Shown here: positions 10,717 through 21,191 of the stretch, one piece after another
Position numbering within the stretch: the first letter of the stretch is position 1
Layout: the number at the start of each line of letters is the position of its first letter
Virus record (IMG/VR): IMGVR_UViG_2816332320_000003
Coordinates: 32,001-96,000 of that record
Reading direction: 5' to 3' (one strand)
DNA from: a virus
Taxonomy: Duplodnaviria; Caudoviricetes
Length of the DNA stretch: 64,000 bases
Program-made: the position numbers and the translations under genes
The notes under the pieces: generated by a model
Told to the model about the DNA's origin: nothing
The model's database searches: none
Seen by the model: the letters and a program-made list of their open reading frames with translations, nothing else

Positions 10717-11961
10717 TTAAGCAAATAGATCATCCAACTCGATATCTACTTTTTTAGTTTCTTTCGGTGTATCGTTATTTGGCGCTTCGGTTGGCTTTTC
10801 CTCTTGCGAGTTAAAAACATAGACTAGTTCGTCTTCTTCATACAAGGAGAGCACTGCTCCATTGATGAAATTATTATCACCATTGATCTCTTGTAAGATT
10901 GGTTTTACAAGACGGTTCTCTTCTTTTGTCTCACCTAGAGTACCGTTCTTAGGTGCAAAGTCCTCCAACTTGTTGTAACCAAATTCCACGGCTTCCTTCT
11001 GTTGTGGGGTCAACTGTTCGAACGTGAATTCAACCTGATCCGCACCTCTAAAGATGTTTACAATCCATGGCAGATGATATACGCCTTTATCTGTTACTTT
11101 AAACTTGTTCTTCAAAAACTCAAGTCGTTTGACATGCATCTCATTGTCCATGTCTACTTTACTTGCATTAATAATAAATTGTTGAGGGTAAAACATATCT
11201 TTCTTGACCTTCTTGTCGTAACTAATTACATAACCACCAATGTAAATCTTCTTTTCCTTTTCAAAATCAACTTCATCCAGTGCATCTTTAGTAAAGAAGA
11301 TGTCAAATGTTGCTCGAAGTTGGGATGGAGTATCTGATGGTACAATTTCAATAACTTCAGGTTTGAATTTGCGATTAAACTTCCCTTTGTATTCACTATA
11401 TTCTGCTTGTCCAGTAATTTTGAACTTATATGCTTTAAAGTTCTCAAGATTTGATGAAAGAAACTCAACAGCATCATATTCATGAATAAATTCATACCGA
11501 TCTGGTACTTTTTGTTTCAATTCCTCTTTCAATTCTTTCAATTTCTCTATTTCTTCTGGTGTTTTCTCATCTTTATATTCAATTGCTCTGATTTCATAGC
11601 GCAATTTTCCTGATGCTTCTTTAACAGCTTCATCGGTTGTGAAGTCAACGACAATCTTCTTAAAATCAGCAACCATGTCAATCGTCTCTGGATTCAAACG
11701 ATCTTCCCATGGGATCTCAAGTTTAGATCCTTTTTCGTTTTCAGTACCTTTACCAAATGTTATGACATTATTCTTTTTACTTTGGAAAAAGCCACCATAC
11801 ATTTCAACATAAACACTGTTAGTCTTTGATTCTTGCACTGCAAAATTCAGTCTATGCCCTTCCCAACCACTGGCACTGACATTAACCTCATGGAACTTGT
11901 CTTTACTCTTTGGTGTTTGAATATTACCAATAAACTCGAATGTATTGTAAAGTCTGCTCAT
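10717..11961 (-). CDS. SPbeta YorF-like protein, putative ssDNA-binding
   Basis: NTFEFIGN start and acidic tail DIELDDLFA; first gene of the replication operon. Confidence 0.65.
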   Translation of the reverse strand: MSRLYNTFEFIGNIQTPKSKDKFHEVNVSASGWEGHRLNFAVQESKTNSVYVEMYGGFFQSKKNNVITFGKGTENEKGSKLEIPWEDRLNPETIDMVADFKKIVVDFTTDEAVKEASGKLRYEIRAIEYKDEKTPEEIEKLKELKEELKQKVPDRYEFIHEYDAVEFLSSNLENFKAYKFKITGQAEYSEYKGKFNRKFKPEVIEIVPSDTPSQLRATFDIFFTKDALDEVDFEKEKKIYIGGYVISYDKKVKKDMFYPQQFIINASKVDMDNEMHVKRLEFLKNKFKVTDKGVYHLPWIVNIFRGADQVEFTFEQLTPQQKEAVEFGYNKLEDFAPKNGTLGETKEENRLVKPILQEINGDNNFINGAVLSLYEEDELVYVFNSQEEKPTEAPNNDTPKETKKVDIELDDLFA

Positions 11962-12074
11962 TATGTATGAATCCTCCCTTTATTTAAACAATATATTTTT
12001 AACTTTAGATTATAATGTTTATGGAGGGCTTCGACCTGATTTGTTAACCAACTGATCACCTCGCTTACATTCTT

Positions 12075-12103
12075 ACTATAACATCACCAAAACAAACATT
12101 CAA
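12075..12103 (-). promoter_or_regulatory. SigA-type promoter of the replication operon
   Basis: TTGAAT-17 bp-TATAGT on the minus strand. Confidence 0.6.
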
Positions 12104-12162
12104 TAGATTTATCATATTTTTTTAGATATTACTTTCTAATCAAGCGGATCTTTTATTCAGTG

Positions 12163-12813
12163 TTACGAGTCAAAATGTTCATACTCAGATTTGTCCTTAT
12201 TTGTTTCTAATAAAGTAGTTTCATGTTGACTAAAGCCAGCGTTCTTTAATTGCAGCAATATCTTTGCCATTTCCTTTTGTGAAATGTCCATATTACGCTT
12301 TAAATATTTGCCAACTCTCATGATTACATGTACTATGTCTCTTGCTCTGCCTTCATTGAATACTAAAGTGTCACTTTCAAGAAAATCAAAATCACTTAAT
12401 GTATCAATCTTTCCATTGTTAAAGTAAAACATGTTGTGCTTGAAGTCGAATTGTCCTACTACCTCTTCTGGAGAACCAATCCAACGTGTAATAATTTGGT
12501 ATTTTCCAATTGATATTGCATTGTCAGTCACAAGCAGCGGATAGCTCTTGTAGATTCCACCACTCTTTGTTTTGGATTTATAACTAGAGAGTTGAAGGAA
12601 ATGTTCTCGCAACTTGTTCACTAGGCTTTCTGAGGTGACGAAAAAATCATAGTCCTTTGGTTCCTGATTGTGATACAGACTGTAGATACAACCTCCAGAA
12701 ATATAGGCATCCCGTTCAAACTCTTCTTTATGATCTTCAGGCATCAATTCCAAAAGCATTTTCTTTTCGAATTCAAGTCTAAGCTCTATGTATTTTAATT
12801 TATTTTGATTCAT
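12163..12813 (-). CDS. Phage nucleotidyltransferase-fold protein
   Basis: ISGGCI...PKDYDFF and FDF motifs of the Pol-beta/CCA-type NTase superfamily. Confidence 0.7.
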   Translation of the reverse strand: MNQNKLKYIELRLEFEKKMLLELMPEDHKEEFERDAYISGGCIYSLYHNQEPKDYDFFVTSESLVNKLREHFLQLSSYKSKTKSGGIYKSYPLLVTDNAISIGKYQIITRWIGSPEEVVGQFDFKHNMFYFNNGKIDTLSDFDFLESDTLVFNEGRARDIVHVIMRVGKYLKRNMDISQKEMAKILLQLKNAGFSQHETTLLETNKDKSEYEHFDS

Positions 12814-13066
12814 CTACCTCATCCTCCCTATATTTTTATCTGTATATTTAGTTTAAACTTGCTCTAGTACCTCAAGATATTCAGAGATAATTTGCAATTT
12901 ATCGTCCCAGATCCCATTCGTATTACCGTCTTTAAAGATGTTATACATACCTGTTAAAACGTGATGGGGGTGTAATTCAACTTTCCGTAAACACTCAATC
13001 AGTAGTTCTTCCTCTGTATATTTTTCCATGGTTCAATCCTCCCCTTCTAATCAAATCAACTTTTTA

Positions 13067-13579
13067 TTAGATTTTCAATTTGTTGATCACGAGTGCACCA
13101 ATTCCTTGTAGTACACTCTTCACAATGACTTGCCCTGCTACTGCCATCGGCACAAACTCCCAAGGTACAAAGCCAGTTCCAATAGGTGACAGCCCGACAA
13201 TAACAAAGATTGTGCTATCCAATAATCCACTAACCAATCCACTAGTCAAAACTCGTGCAGAGAAAGAAGACGTCATTCGAGTGAAAATTTCAGTATCTGT
13301 AGTTTCAGATGCAATAAAGGAAATCGCTGATGCAAATACAATCCATAAAGTATCACCGAGTAACCACGACGAGAGCGCTGAGAGAACTAATGCTAATCCG
13401 ATTACTTGGTATGTCATTTTGCGTCCATATTCCCTTTGTACAAAATCACGCAACATGAAAGTTAAACCAATCAACAAAGTGCCCCAAGGAACTATAAATA
13501 CTCCAAAACTCAAAGGTGTAAAAGATGCAGTTACTACATTTGCCAAGATTATCGCAACGATATACAAAATGATATTCAT
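13067..13579 (-). CDS. yhhQ: VUT family (YhhQ-like) queuosine-precursor transporter
   Basis: Polytopic membrane protein with LTFMLRDFVQ, ASAISF..SETTDTEIF and DSTIFV motifs. Confidence 0.8.
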   Translation of the reverse strand: MNIILYIVAIILANVVTASFTPLSFGVFIVPWGTLLIGLTFMLRDFVQREYGRKMTYQVIGLALVLSALSSWLLGDTLWIVFASAISFIASETTDTEIFTRMTSSFSARVLTSGLVSGLLDSTIFVIVGLSPIGTGFVPWEFVPMAVAGQVIVKSVLQGIGALVINKLKI

Positions 13580-13589
13580 AAATCCACTC

Positions 13590-14399
13590 CTAAATTTTAT
13601 TTATTATTTGAAGTGCCTTCTTACTATTTTCAATTGTCAAATCGGCTGGATGATATTCTATGTATTTCTGCTCCTTCGTGTAGATCTTTTCCCAACGCTC
13701 TGCTTCAAGGTTAATAACTCTTCCCATTGTTGAGTTCAGTTCGAAGGAAGAAGTGTCGCATGAGAGATTTAATTCATCAACAACAATTCCAATTGTTCTT
13801 AATGTTTCAGTGATCTCTCTGACACCCTTTAGCACATCAAATGTACCAACACCAAATATGTGAATATCCTTAATTCCTGAGTTATGTATAAGGGGTAATC
13901 CAATTTTAAATGCATCCCACAATTTAAATTTAAGATCATTAATCTTCCCTGCTAGCGCTACTCCACCAAGTCCAATACAATCTTCTGGTGTTGCTATTTT
14001 TAATGTCTCATAAAGGCAATATATGTACTCTCTTGTTGTATCTCCCTGCACCATAAGTACAATTTGTCGTGGTCTCAACTCTTCTCGCTTACTAGCGAGA
14101 AACTTGTTACCATCTATCGTTTCACCTACATTAGACATGTAATCATATGCAACAATTCTCTCAGAGATAAAGCCCACTTTTTTCTCAAAGTCTAACTGTC
14201 TATGAAGTGCCTCTTTAAAGGTTAACCTAGAATCTTTTTCCCGATCTTGATAAGCCCCACTGTCCAATAATATCTTTGGGTCGGGGTTTTTCAGGGATAC
14301 TCTATATTTTGGATTAAGGCATATATAGTCACTCAAGAGGTCTGTATTTAGTTCTTTTGAGTTTAATTTATCATTGCATTTTGATAGGTATAATCTCAA
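13590..14399 (-). CDS. tRNA-guanine transglycosylase-fold protein (DpdA-like)
   Basis: LLDSGAYQ, VQG, GLGG, HIFGVG and SCDTSS match TGT/DpdA motifs; no Zn-binding CxCxxC. Confidence 0.75.
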   Translation of the reverse strand: MRLYLSKCNDKLNSKELNTDLLSDYICLNPKYRVSLKNPDPKILLDSGAYQDREKDSRLTFKEALHRQLDFEKKVGFISERIVAYDYMSNVGETIDGNKFLASKREELRPRQIVLMVQGDTTREYIYCLYETLKIATPEDCIGLGGVALAGKINDLKFKLWDAFKIGLPLIHNSGIKDIHIFGVGTFDVLKGVREITETLRTIGIVVDELNLSCDTSSFELNSTMGRVINLEAERWEKIYTKEQKYIEYHPADLTIENSKKALQIINKI

Positions 14400-14411
14400 C
14401 CTCTCACTCCC

Positions 14412-14825
14412 TTAAGCATTCTGTGTGTAAAACTGTAACTGTTGCCCAATTCCCATTCCTTTTAGTGGAACATTGCTCGCTATCCCCTCTTGCTCTAGGA
14501 GTGGGACGAGATATTTCCTGTATTTATCTCCAGCGTAGAAATCAACAATATCGATATTGTATTGCTGGAGTTGTTGCATCACTTTTGAAGCCCATTGCTT
14601 AATCTCTGAACTAGACATGTTGTTCAATGTAACATCATATGGCTCAATTTGGAGTGCTGGATCAAGTAGCCCATGTAATGCAGACAGGATGAACCACCTC
14701 TCATAATTTTGATTCTTGATGTAACTTGTAGCTTTAGTAAATAACGTACTCTCAGAATACATTTCTGCTGCTGCACATGTAAAATCTCTTTTGTTTTTAG
14801 AGCAACTAACTAATGCAATCTTCAT
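14412..14825 (-). CDS. DUF6884 (YaaA-like) protein
   Basis: LVSCSKNK, A.EMY.S.LF, WFILSALHGLL, IEPYDVTL and GIGQQLQF motifs. Confidence 0.8.
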   Translation of the reverse strand: MKIALVSCSKNKRDFTCAAAEMYSESTLFTKATSYIKNQNYERWFILSALHGLLDPALQIEPYDVTLNNMSSSEIKQWASKVMQQLQQYNIDIVDFYAGDKYRKYLVPLLEQEGIASNVPLKGMGIGQQLQFYTQNA

Positions 14826-15022
14826 CTAGACTCCTCACCTTTCCTATAAAATAAATTTTTGATCGTATTTATTTTTCTGCAACTTCTTCAAGAACAATCA
14901 TATATCTCAAGAACCTTTTCAAATCATCAATGCTTTCAGCACTTTCTAGCCATCCAAGCAGGGTGTCTTTATCTTTTTGTGTTAACGACACATTTTCACC
15001 TTCTCCCGATGAAAGCAAGTTT

Positions 15023-15430
15023 TCATTTATAATTTTTACATGTATTAATACGATTCAATGCTTCCTGAAGAGTCCCTTCGATCTCATTTACACAACGTAA
15101 CATCTTCGAGTCAGCATCATTCACACTAACACTTGCATTAACCCAACCATCCATGACATCACCAATACGAATGGTTGTACTATTGTCGTTTTCTCCAGAT
15201 CCTTTGATGTAGATGTTTGTAATTCGCACAGAATTAGCTCCAAAATCCTCACGCCACTCTTCAATTTTCTCAGGTGATAGGAGTTTCATTAACTGACGAA
15301 GGTTTGTGAATTTTGAAGTAACCCAATCTCCCTCTTCTTCTTGACTTCCATGAAACTCTTTGAAGTAAGATGTATATTCAACATGACCCTCAATTTCTGT
15401 TAATGCCTTACCTGCTTTGATTTGTTCCAA
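15023..15430 (-). CDS. Hypothetical protein
   Basis: 135 aa with RBS; stop inside a repeat arm. Confidence 0.7.
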   Translation of the reverse strand: MEQIKAGKALTEIEGHVEYTSYFKEFHGSQEEEGDWVTSKFTNLRQLMKLLSPEKIEEWREDFGANSVRITNIYIKGSGENDNSTTIRIGDVMDGWVNASVSVNDADSKMLRCVNEIEGTLQEALNRINTCKNYK

Positions 15431-15633
15431 GCGATATGCCTCCTATTTTCTATAAAGATCAAACATAAATAGTTCCTGCCCAAACACTTTGTCCAACACT
15501 TGGGCATACCATTTTGGATGCTTAAATAGCAATAAGTATGGTATTGCACAAACATGAGCTATTACGATTAGCAGAAAAATATACAACGCTTCATGCCACT
15601 CAAACTTTAGGAAGGTAATCATCCTCCATATTT

Positions 15634-16134
15634 TTAGTCTTCGATTCGAAAGCCAACATTTGATAGTCGCTTAATATAATCTACTTCTGGTTTCTCATCT
15701 TGCAGCCAGAAATAAGATGCTCCAACTGGCTTGTTGTAAGTTAATTCTTCATAGCTATACACTTTCAATCCATACATATCCACCCAACCAGCACTGATTA
15801 GATCCTCGGTATGATCCTTGAACATCTTAACCTCCACAAACACTGGATGCTTTCCCAACAAGCTTATTAATTTATCAAGCTCAAAAGAGTCCCAGAAATG
15901 CTCAATATCGTGCTCCTTCATGTCTTTGATTCTTCTGATTTCACTTGGTTCAGCGTAATCTGAAACCCCAATCTTTAAGTGGTCAAATTGATTGTAACCT
16001 ACAAGTGAATGATCCCCATGTTTTTTATGATAATAATTTTTAAACTCCTTAGACTGTACAAATCCAATATCTTGTAACTTTGTTAAATCATTACCTTCAG
16101 TTTCAAAGTAGATAATTATGTCGATTGCTTTCAT
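15634..16134 (-). CDS. Hypothetical protein
   Basis: 166 aa with RBS. Confidence 0.7.
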   Translation of the reverse strand: MKAIDIIIYFETEGNDLTKLQDIGFVQSKEFKNYYHKKHGDHSLVGYNQFDHLKIGVSDYAEPSEIRRIKDMKEHDIEHFWDSFELDKLISLLGKHPVFVEVKMFKDHTEDLISAGWVDMYGLKVYSYEELTYNKPVGASYFWLQDEKPEVDYIKRLSNVGFRIED

Positions 16135-16174
16135 CTAGTTGCACCTCTCTCAATAAAAGTAGTTTTTTATCAAG

Positions 16175-16432
16175 TTACCAGCAAATCTTCATCAATACGT
16201 TTTCATCATAATCAATATTCAATAATCTCCGCACTTCAGCATGATACTCATTGATTTCGCTGTCTGTGCCTTCACCGAAGTACATTTCTATGTACATATC
16301 ATTCCCAATTGTTTGGTAACTTTCTAAGACATAATCTCTCCAGTATTTTCGTTTACTCAAAAAGCCTTGGCTCTCCATGTGTTCCATTAGTTCAAACAGA
16401 TCATAAGCTTCTCTCGTTTCTTTGCTAAACAT
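16175..16432 (-). CDS. Hypothetical protein
   Basis: 85 aa, bracketed by repeats at 16153 and 16451. Confidence 0.7.
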   Translation of the reverse strand: MFSKETREAYDLFELMEHMESQGFLSKRKYWRDYVLESYQTIGNDMYIEMYFGEGTDSEINEYHAEVRRLLNIDYDENVLMKICW

Positions 16433-17296
16433 TCATTTTCTCCTCCCCTGATAAAAACATCATTTGATTAAGTCGTATAATTTTTCAATTTCCGCTGGAC
16501 TGTATCTGCTCACTTCATCCTTAGTTGCCTTCCATGTGTAATCATCAATTTCAAGACTCAATGCTCTTCTGCTATTTCATGATAAAGCCTCGCTGCATTC
16601 TGGTTTATCATACTGTGTTCCAATGGACTTGCTGGCACCGCAGCTCCATCATATACGCTTCGATTAGAGCAAACTTGTTGATCATACTTTTCAGTGAGAT
16701 AATAGTATTTGACCCAAAGATTGAATGCTTGCTTATGCTGCTTGTGCGTCTTGTCGTTTACCCAATCTATGTACTCATTGGTAAATGCCATAAAATCATC
16801 CTTTTAATTGATCTTAGGTACATACTCAACTATCACAAACTTGCTAAACTCTTCATCAAATGCCCTCTTAAACTCGACAGTTCGTTCTGGAGCATAGCAC
16901 TCTAAATGCCGCACTTGGTCGTATGCGTAATCATTACACTCAGCCGTGATGACTCCTTTAGCTGCCCCAATCTTAAGATATGCAATCTTTCGACCAGTCA
17001 TTTCCCATCGCTTACCGTCTTTATGTATAACGTAAATACAATCTTCTTTACTCATCCCAATTCTCCAAATCTTCGTCCTCATCTCTATATAAAATCTGCA
17101 ACTCAACACGTTTACTGCCATCATCTAAAGTATGCCAGCGCCATTCATAATCAAATTGAGTCAAACCTAGATTGTCTATGAGTAAGAATCCTTCCTCATT
17201 TAGATGTAGGTCAACCTCAACTTCTGCTCCTCCACCTAGATTCAGTTTTACACCTTCTGCAATTGTCTTCCCAATACGTCCATGGTTGTTTAACAT

Positions 17297-17578
17297 TTAC
17301 TGTCCTCCCTTTGCCTCTCTAGCCTTCTTCATTCGTTCTGCTGCCGCCTGTTTTTGCTCTTCTGTCATATTTCTCCCGTTGCTCTTCTGTCTGAATGACA
17401 CTTGCTCAAAGGGAATATTCTTATACCAGTGACCACCATCCCCTTGTACAGTTGTAGGTTCAATTCCAGCCTTCTTTAACTTTGTGATTACACGTTGTTG
17501 CATCGTATAGATACTCCAAGTCTTCGTTTCATCATCACAATGCATTGCTGTTTCCCGTTCATTTGCTACAAGTGACAT
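17297..17578 (-). CDS. Conserved phage hypothetical protein
   Basis: ERET...W.IYT and TEEQKQAAAERM pattern; GGAGGAG RBS. Confidence 0.7.
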   Translation of the reverse strand: MSLVANERETAMHCDDETKTWSIYTMQQRVITKLKKAGIEPTTVQGDGGHWYKNIPFEQVSFRQKSNGRNMTEEQKQAAAERMKKAREAKGGQ

Positions 17579-17609
17579 AGTACTCCTCCTTATTTTTTTG
17601 TTTTATAAA

Positions 17610-17999
17610 TCAGAATCTGATCGGCTCATCTCCACCGTTATACCATGAATAACTAAGTAACCTGCAATCCTTTTTGTCTACACCAAACTTCTTAACCAGC
17701 AAGTCAATATATCCTTCAAGCTCAGACAGTGAAATATCCAATGCATTGTAGTCATATCCATCGCTGTGCATTAGTACATAATCTATTCCCCACTTATACT
17801 TACCTTCAAGACTCTCCACTGGACAATATGTATTAGGTTTATCATCATACATGAACCAATCAACAACCCCATCCCACTCATCAAGATGCTTGGGTTCACC
17901 TACCTTTTCTTTAAAGAATGGATAAGCTTGATTGTGGTCAATTCCCTCAATCTCTGGTAACGGTGCTCGAATGACGGTTTTATACTCCATATGACTCAC
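17610..17999 (-). CDS. Hypothetical protein (WYNGGDEP C-terminus)
   Basis: 129 aa with RBS. Confidence 0.7.
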   Translation of the reverse strand: MSHMEYKTVIRAPLPEIEGIDHNQAYPFFKEKVGEPKHLDEWDGVVDWFMYDDKPNTYCPVESLEGKYKWGIDYVLMHSDGYDYNALDISLSELEGYIDLLVKKFGVDKKDCRLLSYSWYNGGDEPIRF

Positions 18000-18673
18000 T
18001 CAGGTTACCTCCTATATTTTTAGATAAAATCCTTCTTTTATTTAAACATAGCTTTTAATTATTTTTCCTGAATTAAAAATTATATCAGTGTCAATCTCTT
18101 TTATATATCCATGTAGCATTTTAAAAACTTGATCCAAATAAGCGTCTTCTGCATGTATACAATGTACATGAATTTCTCCAAATTTTGTTATAGAGATCAT
18201 CGTATTACTTTTATAAATTATCCATAAACAACTTTCAAAATCACAATATGAAAGAAAATGCTGTTTCAACACTTCTTTTATATGGATAAATCGCAAGCTA
18301 AATTGTTTATCATTTCCGTCCAAATAATAAGACCTACTTTTTACCATAAGCCAATCCTCCAATTTCTGATCAAATCGTACTTTCATTGTTTCAATTGGCT
18401 CATCGAATACCATCAGCATAATCCTTGACCATTTGCAGGTAACGTTCGTATTCATATTCACACATCTCTTCGTCACTTCTAAAATCAAGAGAGTCAATCA
18501 AACTCTTTATTGCCTGTAAAATTAAATCCTCATTAATAACTTCTTTGTTTTTACCTTTAACTGTGATTTCTAAATCGTTACTTATAAATTCAAATGTATT
18601 CATTTGACCATCTCCCTCTGAATTTTAATAAAATATTTTATTTTACTTAATTTTCCAAACCTGCATGTGCAGG

Positions 18674-20098
18674 TCAAAACATTATTTCAATCTTTCCCTT
18701 GCCTAAAGCGTTGAACCGATCCACGCAAATCATTTCTAGTTTCTTAAGTAGTTCAATTACAAATTCACTGGTTACAACAGTGTCCATATAACTTATAAAA
18801 CCACGCTTCACTGATTCTCGAATAATGTCATTACTGGATACACCTAGAATCTTCATAGCAGCGCTCAGAAATGGAACAAGTTCAATCTTATCATGTGGTT
18901 CATATAGCTTATCAATTATCCCTTTGTCATGCAGATATCTTCTCATTCTCACAAAAGGAACTCCCGACTCCAGCCATTTAAACCTACTCTCAATTGTTGT
19001 CATAGAGTATAAACTGTTTATGGCGTAACCCCATGTTGAAAAATCAATCTCCTTGAACTTATCCATTTTGATCGCACTTAATCTACTCCTCCATTTTGAA
19101 GGATATATCTTAACGGGGTAATACTGACCAACTTCTTGGATGTCTTTGTGACTATGAACTATTTCAAGATCTAAGTCTATCTCCTTACAGGTCTTTGGTA
19201 TAAATTTCATCAGCTCATCTGGAACGTTTATGTAGGCATGATCTTGATGATCCATAAAATCTTGGAGTGCCAAAAATCTAAACACGGGTATGTCTGACTT
19301 CTGTAATTTAACTTGAGGAAAAGATACTTTCAAGCTATGTACAAAATCGTACTGATATCCCTTGTAATCAATTACATCTCTAATTCCAAATGGCTCCCCA
19401 ATCAGGTTAAACTCGATGTCATCTAGATCATAGAACGACTTATATGACTTGTATCTTCTCGAATTTATGGCTGTGATGTTCCTGTAGATTCCAATCTTAC
19501 CAGTCTCAGGATTCAGAGCTACTGCACAGTTTTTACCGAAAGATGTGTTCTTAAATAATATTTGGCTTATTCTCTTGAAGGAGATAGTATTATCACTTTG
19601 GATTTTTGCTAAGTTCTCACCAACAATCCAAATGTCTTTGATATTAGCCTTCTTATATAACTCTCGTCGTCTATTCAAGGTATCAAGTGAGATATTAGAC
19701 CGTTGATATTCAATAGCCCATTCTTGACCATTCTTAAATCTTACATAAACATCAGCAATCTGACCTGTTTGAGGTATAAAGTGCTCAATGTCTACTTCTT
19801 CGGCTACATCCGAATATCTATGTTGAAAGTACTCAAATAGCAATTCTTTGCCCTTTGCATGTTCAGCAGATTCATCATTCTGATCACAATCAATATTCTT
19901 GGGACTGTGCCTAAAATGTGGTTTAGTTTTGGGTTCTGCTGCCCATGCCAAGATGACCCTTTTTAAACATGATTGGCATACGTACCCGTTCTCTTTTCCA
20001 ATCTTCTTTAGCTCAATTCTCTGGTCTTTCCAGTACTTCGACTTGAGGTTTATAATCTGATTATCTTTGTTTGACTTTGCCTTGAACATTAGCATCAC
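18674..20098 (-). CDS. CoiA-like competence nuclease-domain protein
   Basis: CxxC, PHFRH, ESAEH..GK, QIADV and AIEYQRS motifs. Confidence 0.8.
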   Translation of the reverse strand: MMLMFKAKSNKDNQIINLKSKYWKDQRIELKKIGKENGYVCQSCLKRVILAWAAEPKTKPHFRHSPKNIDCDQNDESAEHAKGKELLFEYFQHRYSDVAEEVDIEHFIPQTGQIADVYVRFKNGQEWAIEYQRSNISLDTLNRRRELYKKANIKDIWIVGENLAKIQSDNTISFKRISQILFKNTSFGKNCAVALNPETGKIGIYRNITAINSRRYKSYKSFYDLDDIEFNLIGEPFGIRDVIDYKGYQYDFVHSLKVSFPQVKLQKSDIPVFRFLALQDFMDHQDHAYINVPDELMKFIPKTCKEIDLDLEIVHSHKDIQEVGQYYPVKIYPSKWRSRLSAIKMDKFKEIDFSTWGYAINSLYSMTTIESRFKWLESGVPFVRMRRYLHDKGIIDKLYEPHDKIELVPFLSAAMKILGVSSNDIIRESVKRGFISYMDTVVTSEFVIELLKKLEMICVDRFNALGKGKIEIMF

Positions 20099-20149
20099 CT
20101 ATTGTTTAGATGACACTATTTTACATTTAGAATGAAGTGTTGGATAGTT

Positions 20150-20797
20150 TTAAATTCCATATCCTGCGTATCTAACATCCAAATGATAATCGTCCCTTGG
20201 ATCAATGGTGAATAGAACTCTACTTTCATATGCTTTTCTGGCATATCGCACACAATTGCCTGTTCCCCCATTGGAACCATCCCATACAGCAACTACAGCA
20301 TAAGAATGATCAACCATATATTCATTACGCTTTTGCAATTTAGCTGGATGATACTTTCCTGCTGTCATATCTTTTAGCGCATATTCACTGAGTGTATCCA
20401 CATAAATGATTTCATCAGCCAACTCAATCATTCTTCGATACCACTTCTTTTGCTCTGGCGACCATTTCCTATCTTGATCATCAAAAGGAACAGCCAGTAT
20501 ATTTTTAATGTTAGGATACTTCTCTTTAATTTTATGTACCGAAAAGAATCCCAATGTATCAACTCCTAACGCCCCACCTGAGATAAAACGATTAATTTTC
20601 TCTTCTTCAATCAACATTTCAATTGCACCAGTCAAAGCTCTGATGATTGGCTTGTTCTTCTCGTGCTTTATATCATAGTGTCCATATCTATCGGGGCGAT
20701 GACCAGTGAAGCATGCTGTTCGTTTCCGTAACTCTTCCGCAATCCTTTCTCGTTCCGCTTGCTGCGCCTTTTCCTGTTTATACTCTTCTGAATTCAT
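20150..20797 (-). CDS. YspA/DUF1273 SLOG-family protein
   Basis: CFTGHRP, FISGGALGVD, RNEYMVD and VWDG..GGT motifs. Confidence 0.88.
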   Translation of the reverse strand: MNSEEYKQEKAQQAERERIAEELRKRTACFTGHRPDRYGHYDIKHEKNKPIIRALTGAIEMLIEEEKINRFISGGALGVDTLGFFSVHKIKEKYPNIKNILAVPFDDQDRKWSPEQKKWYRRMIELADEIIYVDTLSEYALKDMTAGKYHPAKLQKRNEYMVDHSYAVVAVWDGSNGGTGNCVRYARKAYESRVLFTIDPRDDYHLDVRYAGYGI

Positions 20798-20840
20798 TCG
20801 TTCTAGTACTTTTTTAAAATCGAACGTACTCTACCCCCAC

Positions 20841-21191
20841 TTATTCGTTCTTTTTGATCTTTTTTAACACCTCATATCCCATACCATCAGGAAGATGTTC
20901 AATGTCTCCCATCATGTAAATAACTTCTTCCATAAACTTATCGTCACTCTTTACTGCTGAATTGCTTTTCATTTTCTCACCAAAATCCTCTAGGGCAGCA
21001 ACAATAAACTCCGCTATCTCTAAATCCAGTATAATCGCGATATTGTACAATACTTTTGGATTGGGAATGTGAAATTTATCCAACTCAATCTTGGTAATAT
21101 CATCTACTGAAGAATGACATAGTCTAGCAAGATCTTCTACAGATAATTTGTTTTCTTCTCTGACTTGTTTAACAAATGTTGCAAGATTCAT
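20841..21191 (-). CDS. XRE-family HTH regulator
   Basis: N-terminal Cro/CI-like HTH. Confidence 0.75.
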   Translation of the reverse strand: MNLATFVKQVREENKLSVEDLARLCHSSVDDITKIELDKFHIPNPKVLYNIAIILDLEIAEFIVAALEDFGEKMKSNSAVKSDDKFMEEVIYMMGDIEHLPDGMGYEVLKKIKKNE

